Shown piece after piece: positions 8,718 to 16,974 of a DNA stretch of 59,655 bases. The notes beneath the pieces were generated by a model. That model was not told the DNA's origin and made no database searches. It saw nothing but the letters and a program-made list of their open reading frames with translations. Numbering within the stretch: position 1 is the stretch's first letter; each line of letters starts with the position of its first letter. Position numbers and translations under genes: made by a program. Origin of the DNA: a virus (lineage: Duplodnaviria; Caudoviricetes); the IMG/VR virus record IMGVR_UViG_3300011113_000105, positions 1-59,655 of that record; one strand, given 5' to 3'.

Positions 8718-8830
8718 AGTTGGTGGACTTCATCGCAATGGCGTGGCTACTGGCTCTGTTCCTGTGCGCGCTACTGTCGCCGTTCGTCATGCTTGGCATG
8801 ATCATTTCTTACCTGTGGGGAGTGATATGA
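8714..8830 (+). CDS. Small membrane peptide (38 aa)
   Basis: AAGGAG RBS; MKLVDFIAMAWLLALFLCALLSPFVMLGMIISYLWGVI; ATGA coupling at both ends. Confidence 0.6.
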   Translation: MKLVDFIAMAWLLALFLCALLSPFVMLGMIISYLWGVI

Positions 8831-9003
8831 ACCACATCGACCTGCTCAAACTCTGCCATGCCTATCTGCGTGGTGCGGAGATCAACGAACCAACCGGACG
8901 CAAGCCCATCGATCGTGACACACTTGCGCGTTTGATCAACCTTTACCTCAACGAACATCATGCCGTTCAGTCTCCCGAAGTACACATGGGACAAGGATCG
9001 TGA
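8827..9003 (+). CDS. Hypothetical protein
   Basis: GGGAG RBS, ATGA-coupled. Confidence 0.55.
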   Translation: MNHIDLLKLCHAYLRGAEINEPTGRKPIDRDTLARLINLYLNEHHAVQSPEVHMGQGS

Positions 9004-9220
9004 ACTCTGTAAGCAATGCAAACATTACGAGGAACGTGCGCACAATTCTGGACACAACGCAGGAATTGTGGTCATGCTCTGCCACGCCAACCCGCACAAG
9101 GGACGAAGGGGCATCGGCAGTTGCATCGACAACCGTCATCGAGGACCGTGTGGCCCACTCGGCAGCATGTTCCACCCCATCAACGTCTACAGGAAAGGAT
9201 TAGCAATCGGTGCAGACTAA
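8960..9220 (+). CDS. Cys/His-rich hypothetical protein (putative metal-binding)
   Basis: CKQCKHY...C...C...CGP. Confidence 0.55.
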   Translation: MPFSLPKYTWDKDRELCKQCKHYEERAHNSGHNAGIVVMLCHANPHKGRRGIGSCIDNRHRGPCGPLGSMFHPINVYRKGLAIGAD

Positions 9221-9237
9221 GTGATACACAAAATCAA

Positions 9238-9266
9238 TTGACATAAGTGTAAAGAGGGCGCATCAT
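9238..9266 (+). promoter_or_regulatory. Sigma70-type promoter P3
   Basis: TTGACA, 17 bp, CATCAT; intergenic; shares 15/18 nt with the P2 -35 region. Confidence 0.65.
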
Positions 9267-9305
9267 GCGCGTCCCTGTTTGTCTAATCCAGTAAGGAGAG
9301 TCTTT

Positions 9306-9779
9306 ATGGCAACCGCCAAAAAACCCCGTAAGTCCCGCATGACCATCACGAAGTTCATTCAGTCCAACCCGAGCGCGAAGGCAGCAGACATCGCCAAGCA
9401 ACTCGGTGTTTCAGTCGCATCGGTCTACATCGCGCGCAGCAAGCTCAAGAAGCTGAATGCCGCTTCTGCCAAGGCAGAAGGCGTAAACATCGACAAGGTG
9501 CACAAGCCCAAGAAGGTGTTCCACGAGGACGTCACGGCGCTTGCGTTCGACCCGAAGATGGATGTTCAGACCTCCCACGTTATTGACTTTGTCAATCACC
9601 CGCCTCACTACAAGGTGGGCGGCGTCGAGACGATCGACTTCATCGAGGCCAAGGGTCTTGGCTACAACCTCGGCAACGTGGTGAAGTACGTCACTCGGGC
9701 AGACCACAAGGGTTCCCGCAAGGAGAACTTGGAGAAAGCGCGTTGGTATCTTGAGCGCGAACTGTCGCGTTGCGCGTAA
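9306..9779 (+). CDS. HTH plus DUF3310 (T7 gp1.7-like) fusion protein
   Basis: AADIAKQLGVSVASVY (HTH); VNHPPHY..GGVETIDFI...GNVVKYVTRA.HKG...ENLEKARWYL; AAGGAG RBS. Confidence 0.8.
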   Translation: MATAKKPRKSRMTITKFIQSNPSAKAADIAKQLGVSVASVYIARSKLKKLNAASAKAEGVNIDKVHKPKKVFHEDVTALAFDPKMDVQTSHVIDFVNHPPHYKVGGVETIDFIEAKGLGYNLGNVVKYVTRADHKGSRKENLEKARWYLERELSRCA

Positions 9780-9780
9780 G

Positions 9781-9810
9781 AAGGGGGGCCGCATGGCCTC
9801 CCCTTTTTTG
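9781..9810 (+). terminator. Rho-independent terminator
   Basis: GGGGGGCC-GCAT-GGCCTCCC followed by TTTTTT. Confidence 0.8.
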
Positions 9811-9841
9811 TCCAAAAACTTCTTTAGATAGCGGTGCTGAC

Positions 9842-11707
9842 TTGAGTCTGATCACACTAGACTTTGAAACTTATTACGCAGATGACTTCAGTCTCACGAG
9901 GCTGACCACTGAGGAATACATACGCGACCCGCGCTTTGAAGTGATCGGTGTTGCGGTTCAGTTGGACGACGGCGAGCCCATGTGGTTCTCGGGCAACCGG
10001 GAAGAAACACGCAAGTGGCTGCTCCAGTTCAACTGGAAGGAGAGCGTCATGCTCGCCCACAACACCCTGTTCGATGGCGCGATCCTGCACTGGCACTTCG
10101 GCATCACTCCGATGGGGTTTGTTGATACGTTGTGCATGGCTCGCGCGCTTCACGGCGTGGAGGTGGGCGGCTCCCTGGCCAAGCTCGCCGAGCGTTATCA
10201 GATCGGCGTCAAAGGTGACGAGGTTGTCCATGCCAAGGGGAAGAATCGATGCCAGTTCTCTGCCGATGACTTGGCGCGATACGGTGGGTATTGCTGCAAC
10301 GATGTGCGCCTGACGTACGACTTGTTCACCAAGATGTACCGGGGTCTGCCGATGGAGGAGTTGCGTCTGATCGACATGACTCTGAGGATGTTCACTCATC
10401 CGATGCTGTACGTAGACGAGGCAGCCCTACAGGAGCGACTCGATGCGCTGATAAAGGAACAAAACGATTTGCTCGACACACTCAAGGAGCGCCTTGAGTG
10501 CGAGACAGGCGAGGAAGTTCGCAAGAAACTGTCGAGCAACAAGCAGTTCGCTGAGGTGTTGAAGTCCTTCGGGATCGAGCCGCCCGTGAAGATCAGCCCG
10601 ACCACGGGCAAAGAAACGTGGGCGCTTGCCAAAAAGGATGAAGGCTTCATAGCTCTGACGGAACACGACGACCCGTTCGTGCAACAGTTGTGCGCGGTGC
10701 GCCTTGGAACCAAGTCCACTTTGGAAGAGGGCCGCATCAAGCGGTTCATGGAGATTGGTCAGCGCAACGGTGGAAGCATTCCGATCCCCCTGAAGTACTA
10801 CGGAGCGCACACGGGTCGGTGGTCGGGCACGGACAAGGTGAACTTCCAGAACCTGCCGAGCCGCGATCCCAAGAAAAAAGCTCTCAAGAAAGCCATCATT
10901 CCGCCCGACGGCTACAAGATCATCAATTCAGATTCATCACAGATTGAGGCGCGGGTGCTCGCGTGGCTCGCGGGTCAAGAGGATGTGGTGCAGCAGTTTG
11001 CCAACGGGCAGGACGTGTACTCCATCTTTGCCTCATCGGTATATGGACGGACTATCACCAAGGCCGATCCCATAGAAAGATTTGTGGGCAAGACCTGCAT
11101 CTTGGGTCTGGGCTACGGGACTGGAGCGTTGAAACTTCAGCACACCCTGGCCACCACGCCACCTGGGGCCAAGCTCGACGAGGACGAGTGCAAGCGGATC
11201 GTCAGCGTGTACCGCAGCAAGAACCACAAGATCATCGACTTGTGGGAGGACTCAGACCGGATGCTGTCGGCCATGATGGAGGGCAACATCAAGCACCCCC
11301 TGCCGCTGGGCATGCACGAATGTGTCTACTATGACAACGAGGGCGTAATACTCCCTAACGGATTGCGCATCCGATACCCCAATTTACGACGAGCCGAGAA
11401 GGATGGCAAGTCCCGTATCGTCTATGACTCTCGCAAGGGAGAGGTCGGGATTTGGGGCGGGGCCGTGGTAGAAAACATCGTGCAAGCCCTGGCGCGGATC
11501 ATCGTGGGCACACAGATGGTCGAGATCAACGACACCTACAAGGTTGTGCTCACGGTGCACGACGCCGCCGTGATCGTCGTGCCTGACGACGAGGTCGAGA
11601 GCGCCACGAATCTGATAATCAAGATCATGTCTACGCCGCCCGAGTGGGCCACGGGTTTACCCGTAGCTTGTGAAGCCAAAGTAGGAGCGACCTATGGCGA
11701 CTGTTGA
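9842..11707 (+). CDS. polA: DNA polymerase, family A, with 3'-5' exonuclease
   Basis: ExoI DFETY, AHN..FD, YCCND; HTGRWSG, NFQNLP, motif A DSSQIEARV, motif B RFVGKTCILGLGYG, motif C TVHDA; probable TTG start at 9842. Confidence 0.95.
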   Translation: MSLITLDFETYYADDFSLTRLTTEEYIRDPRFEVIGVAVQLDDGEPMWFSGNREETRKWLLQFNWKESVMLAHNTLFDGAILHWHFGITPMGFVDTLCMARALHGVEVGGSLAKLAERYQIGVKGDEVVHAKGKNRCQFSADDLARYGGYCCNDVRLTYDLFTKMYRGLPMEELRLIDMTLRMFTHPMLYVDEAALQERLDALIKEQNDLLDTLKERLECETGEEVRKKLSSNKQFAEVLKSFGIEPPVKISPTTGKETWALAKKDEGFIALTEHDDPFVQQLCAVRLGTKSTLEEGRIKRFMEIGQRNGGSIPIPLKYYGAHTGRWSGTDKVNFQNLPSRDPKKKALKKAIIPPDGYKIINSDSSQIEARVLAWLAGQEDVVQQFANGQDVYSIFASSVYGRTITKADPIERFVGKTCILGLGYGTGALKLQHTLATTPPGAKLDEDECKRIVSVYRSKNHKIIDLWEDSDRMLSAMMEGNIKHPLPLGMHECVYYDNEGVILPNGLRIRYPNLRRAEKDGKSRIVYDSRKGEVGIWGGAVVENIVQALARIIVGTQMVEINDTYKVVLTVHDAAVIVVPDDEVESATNLIIKIMSTPPEWATGLPVACEAKVGATYGDC

Positions 11708-12596
11708 GAAATGGGAGTGCGGTCTACCGTACAACCCCCCACCGTTCGGTAGCCCAAACAGCACCACCTATTACAACTGGTGGAAAGCCGAGCGCGATCG
11801 GAGGTTGGCGGCGGCAGTCGCGGAGCATGCCCCTGACTTTGCGACGGAGAAGGCGGCGAGTGCCCTGCTGCGCAGGATATTCGACAACGAAGGCTGGACC
11901 TACGAAGAACAAGTGCGCACCAAAAGCGGCAAGGCGATCGACTTCGTGGTCGAGGGGCGCGACATCTACGGTGTGGTCGTGAAGTTCGGAGTCGAGTGCA
12001 AGCGCAAAATGACCAAGTACCACGAGGACGGGCTGGCCGCGACTGTCCTGGCTGACTATCTTGAACAAGCCGCAGCATACTCACGGGACTTGGAGATGCC
12101 TGTGTTCATCGGGCCGGTGCTGACCAACCGATCCCCGAGCAGTATGCACACCGGAGGTCGTAGCGTGGAGTCGGTGTGTGCGCTAAACATTTTTGGCGGC
12201 AGACTGAACGTCGGCACGCTGGTCGTCAACAACGCGCGCTTCCTCCAGTGGTTCATGATCCTGCGCGGCGCGGCCTTTTGGCAAAGCGGAAAATTCAACC
12301 AGAGCAGGTTGAATATGGTATGTTCTACGGGATCGAAAAAAGAGCGTAGGTCTATCAATGACAGTCAAGATTCAGTGGTCGTACTCGGGGCTCAAGGACT
12401 TCAAGAACTGCCCCCGCCAGTACAACGAAGTCAAGGTTCTGAAGCGGTTTGTAAAGAAACAAACCAAGCAGATGCTGTATGGAACGGAAGTGCATTCAGC
12501 ACTGGAGAACTACGTCAAGGACGGAACTCCACTGCCGAAGAACTACGAGATGTACCGCAAGCAACTCGACCCGCTAAGGGAGATGGATGGAACTAA
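11694..12596 (+). CDS. PD-(D/E)XK restriction-endonuclease-like protein
   Basis: E...IDFVV...GVECKRK...QAAAY; AGGAG RBS; 3' end overlaps the next gene by 239 nt. Confidence 0.6.
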   Translation: MATVEKWECGLPYNPPPFGSPNSTTYYNWWKAERDRRLAAAVAEHAPDFATEKAASALLRRIFDNEGWTYEEQVRTKSGKAIDFVVEGRDIYGVVVKFGVECKRKMTKYHEDGLAATVLADYLEQAAAYSRDLEMPVFIGPVLTNRSPSSMHTGGRSVESVCALNIFGGRLNVGTLVVNNARFLQWFMILRGAAFWQSGKFNQSRLNMVCSTGSKKERRSINDSQDSVVVLGAQGLQELPPPVQRSQGSEAVCKETNQADAVWNGSAFSTGELRQGRNSTAEELRDVPQATRPAKGDGWN

Positions 12597-13020
12597 GTTT
12601 CCTGAACATCAGATGGCGGTCACCGAGAGCCGAGAGCCTTGCGACTTCAAGTCCCCTGACTACTGGGTTCGTGGCATTGCAGACTTGCTGGTGATCGACG
12701 GCGAGTATGGCTTCATTGTTGACTACAAGACAGGCAGCAACCGCTACCCCGATCCCAAGCAGTTGCAACTCATGGCGCTACTTGCCTTTTCTCACTTCCC
12801 TGAAGTCCAACATATCAAGGCGGGCCTGTTGTTCGTGGCGCATGAACACTTCGTCACTAGCGAATACTCCCGTAGCAATCAAGAGCGACTTTGGGCAGAC
12901 TTCCACGGCGACCTAGAGCGCCTGCGGCTGTCGATGCTCAACGACACTTGGCAACCCAACCCCACGCCGCTGTGCGGCTGGTGTCCCGTTAAAACCTGCG
13001 AGTTCCACAAAGAAAAATGA
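12358..13020 (+). CDS. Cas4/RecB-like PD-(D/E)XK exonuclease
   Basis: WSYS...CPRQY, G..VH, RGIADLL, VDYKTG, QLQL, C-terminal CGWC...C (four Cys). Confidence 0.85.
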   Translation: MTVKIQWSYSGLKDFKNCPRQYNEVKVLKRFVKKQTKQMLYGTEVHSALENYVKDGTPLPKNYEMYRKQLDPLREMDGTKFPEHQMAVTESREPCDFKSPDYWVRGIADLLVIDGEYGFIVDYKTGSNRYPDPKQLQLMALLAFSHFPEVQHIKAGLLFVAHEHFVTSEYSRSNQERLWADFHGDLERLRLSMLNDTWQPNPTPLCGWCPVKTCEFHKEK

Positions 13021-13226
13021 AAGACACGATCGTTGACTACGCGATGCCCTGCATGAACGCAGAGCGCGCCCTGAAAGAAGCACACAACGCTGTGCTTGAG
13101 AATGATTACGACGCAGCCATCAGTGCTGCCATGCGCGCCACGGGCGAATGCCGTTTGCTCGTGGTGTCCCTCAAGGGAATGAAGGAGCAACAAAATGCCC
13201 TACGTAAACAAGCCACGCCCGTATAA
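13017..13226 (+). CDS. Hypothetical protein
   Basis: ATGA-coupled ORF. Confidence 0.6.
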   Translation: MKDTIVDYAMPCMNAERALKEAHNAVLENDYDAAISAAMRATGECRLLVVSLKGMKEQQNALRKQATPV

Positions 13227-13512
13227 GAAAGAGTACCAGCAGCAGAAGGCGCGCGGTGAACTCGCTGCGCGTATGGAGCGCCAACGCGCCCGGCGAGCGT
13301 ACGATAAGAAACACCCGGACGATCCGAACGATAAGGATAAAACCGCCGAGTCCCGTGAGGGCAAAGACCTTGCGCACAAGAAGGCGCTGTCTAAAGGTGG
13401 AAACAACAAAGACGGCACGTTCGTGCAGAGCGCAAGCGGCAATCGATCCTTCAAGCGAGCGTCGTCAGGCGCACTGCTGTCCGAGGTCAGCAAGCGTGAA
13501 CGAAAGAAGTAA
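13195..13512 (+). CDS. HNH-like endonuclease, small and basic
   Basis: GKDLAHKKALSKGG.N......S..NRS; AAGGAG RBS. Confidence 0.65.
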   Translation: MPYVNKPRPYKKEYQQQKARGELAARMERQRARRAYDKKHPDDPNDKDKTAESREGKDLAHKKALSKGGNNKDGTFVQSASGNRSFKRASSGALLSEVSKRERKK

Positions 13513-13535
13513 GGGTTTTTCCTGCTCGACGTAAC

Positions 13536-13563
13536 TTGACATTTTCGAGTTCGTCGCCACAAT
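13536..13563 (+). promoter_or_regulatory. Sigma70-type promoter P4
   Basis: TTGACA, 16 bp, CACAAT; intergenic. Confidence 0.6.
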
Positions 13564-13569
13564 AAGCAT

Positions 13570-13735
13570 GTCGGTCGTTAGGCGCAAGTGGACTGAGAGC
13601 TAAGGCTCATAGGGTTTCGCGTTGGCCCGATAACTGCGTCAGTTAGTCGGTGAGGTTTCTCCTGGGGGCCGCAGACCCCTCTTCCTTTGCTCACGTCTGG
13701 ACTGACCGGCTTGGGGGGACCGTTTCCCCCCACTT
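13570..13735 (+). ncRNA. Putative structured ncRNA or long leader
   Basis: 5' end 13570-13584 complementary to 13694-13710; internal hairpins; 3' hairpin TGGGGGGA-CCGTT-TCCCCCCA (13712-13732). Confidence 0.5.
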
Positions 13736-13749
13736 TAGTCACATCAAGT

Positions 13750-15327
13750 ATGGAAATAGTAGACAACACAGTTCTTATGCTCTCGTGCCCAAGCAACGTG
13801 GCACAGACGATCCGGGGGTACATCGACAAGTCACACATCGTGCGTGACGCAGACGGTGTAGCAGATGTCGCCATGTATTGGGGCATCGACGAGGTCCAGC
13901 GCCTCGCGAGGATCGCACCTGCATCTATCAAGATTCCATCTCCCATTGAGCGAGACTATCAATGGCCAGGGATGTTCCAGCCGTTCGATCACCAGCGTGA
14001 CACGGCGCGCTTTCTGACCCTGCACCGCCGCGCGTTCTGCTTCAACGAGGCAGGAACGGGCAAAACCTCCGCTGCGATTTGGGCGGCTGACTACCTGATG
14101 AACCTCGGGCTTGTGCGCCGAGTCCTGGTGATCTGTCCCCTGTCGATCATGCAGAGCGCATGGCAATCCGACCTGTTTAAGACAGCGATGCACCGTACGT
14201 GCGGGATCGCGCATGGCTCAACTTCCAAGCGTGAGAAGGTCATCAAGGGCGCGTACGAGTTTGTCGTCATCAACTTTGACGGCGTGGGCACGGTTGAGAA
14301 AGCGATTGTGCAGGGCGGCTTCGACCTGATCATCGTGGACGAGGCCAACGCCTACAAGAACCCAAGCACCGTGCGGTGGAAAACGCTTTCACGGATCGTG
14401 AAGGCAGACACCTACCTGTGGATGATGACGGGCACACCCGCTGCGCAGTCGCCCATCGATGCGTTCGGACTTGCCAAGATGGTCAGCCCCGACAACGTAC
14501 CCAAGTACGCAACGGCATGGCGTGACAAGGTCATGCATCAGGTGAGCAAGTTCAAATGGCTCCCGAAGTCCACGGCCCAGGCCACGGTGTTCAGCGCGTT
14601 GCAACCTGCGATCCGGTACGAAAAGGCGCAGTGTCTTGATCTGCCCGAGGTCACCTACCAGACTCGCGTCGTGCCGCTGTCCACTCAAGCCAACAAGTAT
14701 TACCGCGAACTACTCAAGGAAATGCAGATTGAGGCGGCAGGGCAAACGATCAGCACGGTCAACGCAGCCGCTGCGCTGTCTCGACTGCTTCAGTTGTCCG
14801 GTGGCGCTGTCTACACAGACGACTCCAACATCGTGGAGTTCGATGTCTCTCCCCGCCTAGCGGTGCTCAAGGAGGTGTTGGACGAGGCAGCACACAAGGT
14901 GCTGGTGTTTATTCCGTACCGGCACACGCTGGCCCTGGTGCAGAACTACCTCAACGCCCAAGGTATCAACAACGACATCATTAACGGTGATGTATCTGCT
15001 GCTGAGCGCGGGCGCATCTTCAATAACTTCCAGACCACTGATGACCTCAAGGTTCTACTGATCCAGCCGCAAGCTGCATCGCACGGCGTCACGCTTACCG
15101 CAGCAGACACGATTGTGTTCTGGTCGCCTGTGATGTCTGTGGAGACATATCTACAGTGCGTTGCGCGAATCGACCGAGTCGGTCAGCAGAACAAGATGAC
15201 AGTCATCCATCTCCAGGGGTCAGAGGTGGAACGTCGCATGTACACCATGTTGCAGAACAAGGTGGACATGCACGAGAAGTTGGTTGACCTGTTTATTGAT
15301 GAACTTGAAGGAGAAGGCAATGAATGA
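13750..15327 (+). CDS. SNF2-family helicase
   Basis: HQ, NEAGTGKT, VICPLS, IVDEA, MTGTP, SHGVTLT, QCVARIDRVGQ. Confidence 0.92.
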   Translation: MEIVDNTVLMLSCPSNVAQTIRGYIDKSHIVRDADGVADVAMYWGIDEVQRLARIAPASIKIPSPIERDYQWPGMFQPFDHQRDTARFLTLHRRAFCFNEAGTGKTSAAIWAADYLMNLGLVRRVLVICPLSIMQSAWQSDLFKTAMHRTCGIAHGSTSKREKVIKGAYEFVVINFDGVGTVEKAIVQGGFDLIIVDEANAYKNPSTVRWKTLSRIVKADTYLWMMTGTPAAQSPIDAFGLAKMVSPDNVPKYATAWRDKVMHQVSKFKWLPKSTAQATVFSALQPAIRYEKAQCLDLPEVTYQTRVVPLSTQANKYYRELLKEMQIEAAGQTISTVNAAAALSRLLQLSGGAVYTDDSNIVEFDVSPRLAVLKEVLDEAAHKVLVFIPYRHTLALVQNYLNAQGINNDIINGDVSAAERGRIFNNFQTTDDLKVLLIQPQAASHGVTLTAADTIVFWSPVMSVETYLQCVARIDRVGQQNKMTVIHLQGSEVERRMYTMLQNKVDMHEKLVDLFIDELEGEGNE

Positions 15328-15733
15328 CGCAGAGATGTTAGTTGAAACCTATTTGACACTTCGGCGTGAGCGTGAAAGGATCAAGAACGACTACGAGTCG
15401 CGAGACAACGCGCTTAAAGACGACATGGAGAAGATCGAAGCGGCGTTGCTCGAAATCTGCAACGCCACCAACGTGAACGGACTACGCACGGCGCACGGCA
15501 CTGTCACGCGCCAAGTCAAGGACCGTTTCTTTTGCACTGACTGGGACAACTTCAAGAAGTTCATTGAGACGGAAGGCTCGATCGATCTCTTGGAGCGCCG
15601 CATCCATCAGCGCAATTTCAAAGAGTTCATGTCCGAGAGGAAGGGAGACGGTCTTCCCCCCGGTGTGAATGCCTTGCGTGAGTACGACATCGTCGTGCGC
15701 AAGGCCCCGTCAACCAGTGAAATTACAGTTTAA
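15320..15733 (+). CDS. Replication-module protein (coiled coil plus T.HGTV / DW..F / LLERRI)
   Basis: Motif pattern typical of polA-type phage replication clusters; GGAG RBS. Confidence 0.7.
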   Translation: MNDAEMLVETYLTLRRERERIKNDYESRDNALKDDMEKIEAALLEICNATNVNGLRTAHGTVTRQVKDRFFCTDWDNFKKFIETEGSIDLLERRIHQRNFKEFMSERKGDGLPPGVNALREYDIVVRKAPSTSEITV

Positions 15734-15744
15734 GGACTTACCAA

Positions 15745-16584
15745 ATGAGCAACGCACTTGCAAACATCCTCGGTTCCACCGACCTCGTTGAACTCGGTCT
15801 TGATGACGATACCAAAGCGGTAGCTGGCGGTTCGATCAATAGCACCAAGCGCATCTCCATCGAGGGGCGTGTGTTCCGCAAGATCGTGGGCGGCAAAGAG
15901 CAGTCAGTCAACACGCAGAACGAAATGCCCATCATCTTCGTGAAGATGGCGCACGAGGCATCACGCACGTTCTACAACAGCACGTACAAGAAGGGTGTGA
16001 AGCTCGCGCCCTCCTGCTGGTCGAGCAACTCCAAGACCCCCGACGCAGACGTCACCAACCCTCCCGCTGCATCTTGCGCTGAGTGCCCCAACTCGGTCAA
16101 GGGTTCGGGACAGGGTGGTCAGGGTACGGCTTGCCGTCTGTCGTGGCGCACGGCGGTGGTGCTGCCCAGCGACCCCAGTGGTGATGTGTATCAGTTGGTA
16201 CTCCCCGCTACTTCTGCCTTCGGCAAAGAAGAAAACGGTCGGTGGCCGTTCCGTCCGTACATCCAGATGCTGGCCAACAACAACGTCTCCGCAGGGCGCG
16301 TTGTGACCAAGATGGAGTTCGACATCAACAGCCCCGTGCCGCGTTTGTTGTTCTCCCCGATGGCTGCCGTTCCTGCTGATGTGCGTGATGCCGTTACGCG
16401 TCAGGGCAAGACCCCCGCCGCCGAGAACGCGATCAAGCTGACTGTCTACAAGGCAGACGCAGCATCCGAGGAAGGCACTGCCCCGGAGCAACCCGCTGAG
16501 CCCACCGTGCGCGAGGTCAAGCAGCGCGGCGGCGAAAAGGCCGAGGACGTGAGCGACATCGTCAAGAAGTGGACTAAGAAGTAA
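15745..16584 (+). CDS. Putative ssDNA-binding / annealing protein
   Basis: Position in replication module; RISI.G..F, CWS...P, C..CP....GS; flexible acidic tail ending in KW; function inferred. Confidence 0.5.
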   Translation: MSNALANILGSTDLVELGLDDDTKAVAGGSINSTKRISIEGRVFRKIVGGKEQSVNTQNEMPIIFVKMAHEASRTFYNSTYKKGVKLAPSCWSSNSKTPDADVTNPPAASCAECPNSVKGSGQGGQGTACRLSWRTAVVLPSDPSGDVYQLVLPATSAFGKEENGRWPFRPYIQMLANNNVSAGRVVTKMEFDINSPVPRLLFSPMAAVPADVRDAVTRQGKTPAAENAIKLTVYKADAASEEGTAPEQPAEPTVREVKQRGGEKAEDVSDIVKKWTKK

Positions 16585-16922
16585 TGCCGTCCAAGTACAG
16601 TGATCAGTTGGCTTGCGCTGTACTTGGCGCAAAGAGCACGTCACCGTTGGGAATGCGCCTTGGCAGAGTCTGTGTCGAGGCAAATCTCCCTGCGGTGTAC
16701 GTGGCTCAAGTCCTGGGCGTCACACGCATGACGATCCACAATTGGTTCAGAGGGAGCGAAATCCGCAAGTCACGCACAGACAAAATTGTCGTGCTGACCA
16801 AACTGATTCAGGAGGACTTGGCAAACGGGGTATTGCCAGCGAAAAATTTTGCAGATGCTCGGGCCTACCTTCAGGAGATGTGCGACACGCCGCTGAAGCC
16901 TGTCGTTCAAAAGAAGGTCTGA
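16584..16922 (+). CDS. HTH (Cro/XRE-like) transcriptional regulator
   Basis: VAQVLGVTRMTIHNWFRG. Confidence 0.8.
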   Translation: MPSKYSDQLACAVLGAKSTSPLGMRLGRVCVEANLPAVYVAQVLGVTRMTIHNWFRGSEIRKSRTDKIVVLTKLIQEDLANGVLPAKNFADARAYLQEMCDTPLKPVVQKKV

Positions 16923-16939
16923 TTGCATCCTGTTGTAAC

Positions 16940-16961
16940 GGCGGAGGTGTCTCCGCCTTTT
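16940..16961 (+). terminator. Rho-independent terminator / attenuator before primase
   Basis: GGCGGAG-GTGT-CTCCGCC-TTTT. Confidence 0.7.
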
Positions 16962-16974
16962 CGTCTCTGCGGAC

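Noticed and set aside
12358-13020. Cas4-like gene as evidence of a CRISPR system
   Set aside because: No repeat-spacer array or other cas genes seen; stand-alone Cas4-like nucleases are common in phage replication modules.
13590-13640. CTGAGAG plus hairpins resembling a hammerhead ribozyme core
   Set aside because: No GAAA after stem II and no correctly placed cleavage triplet.
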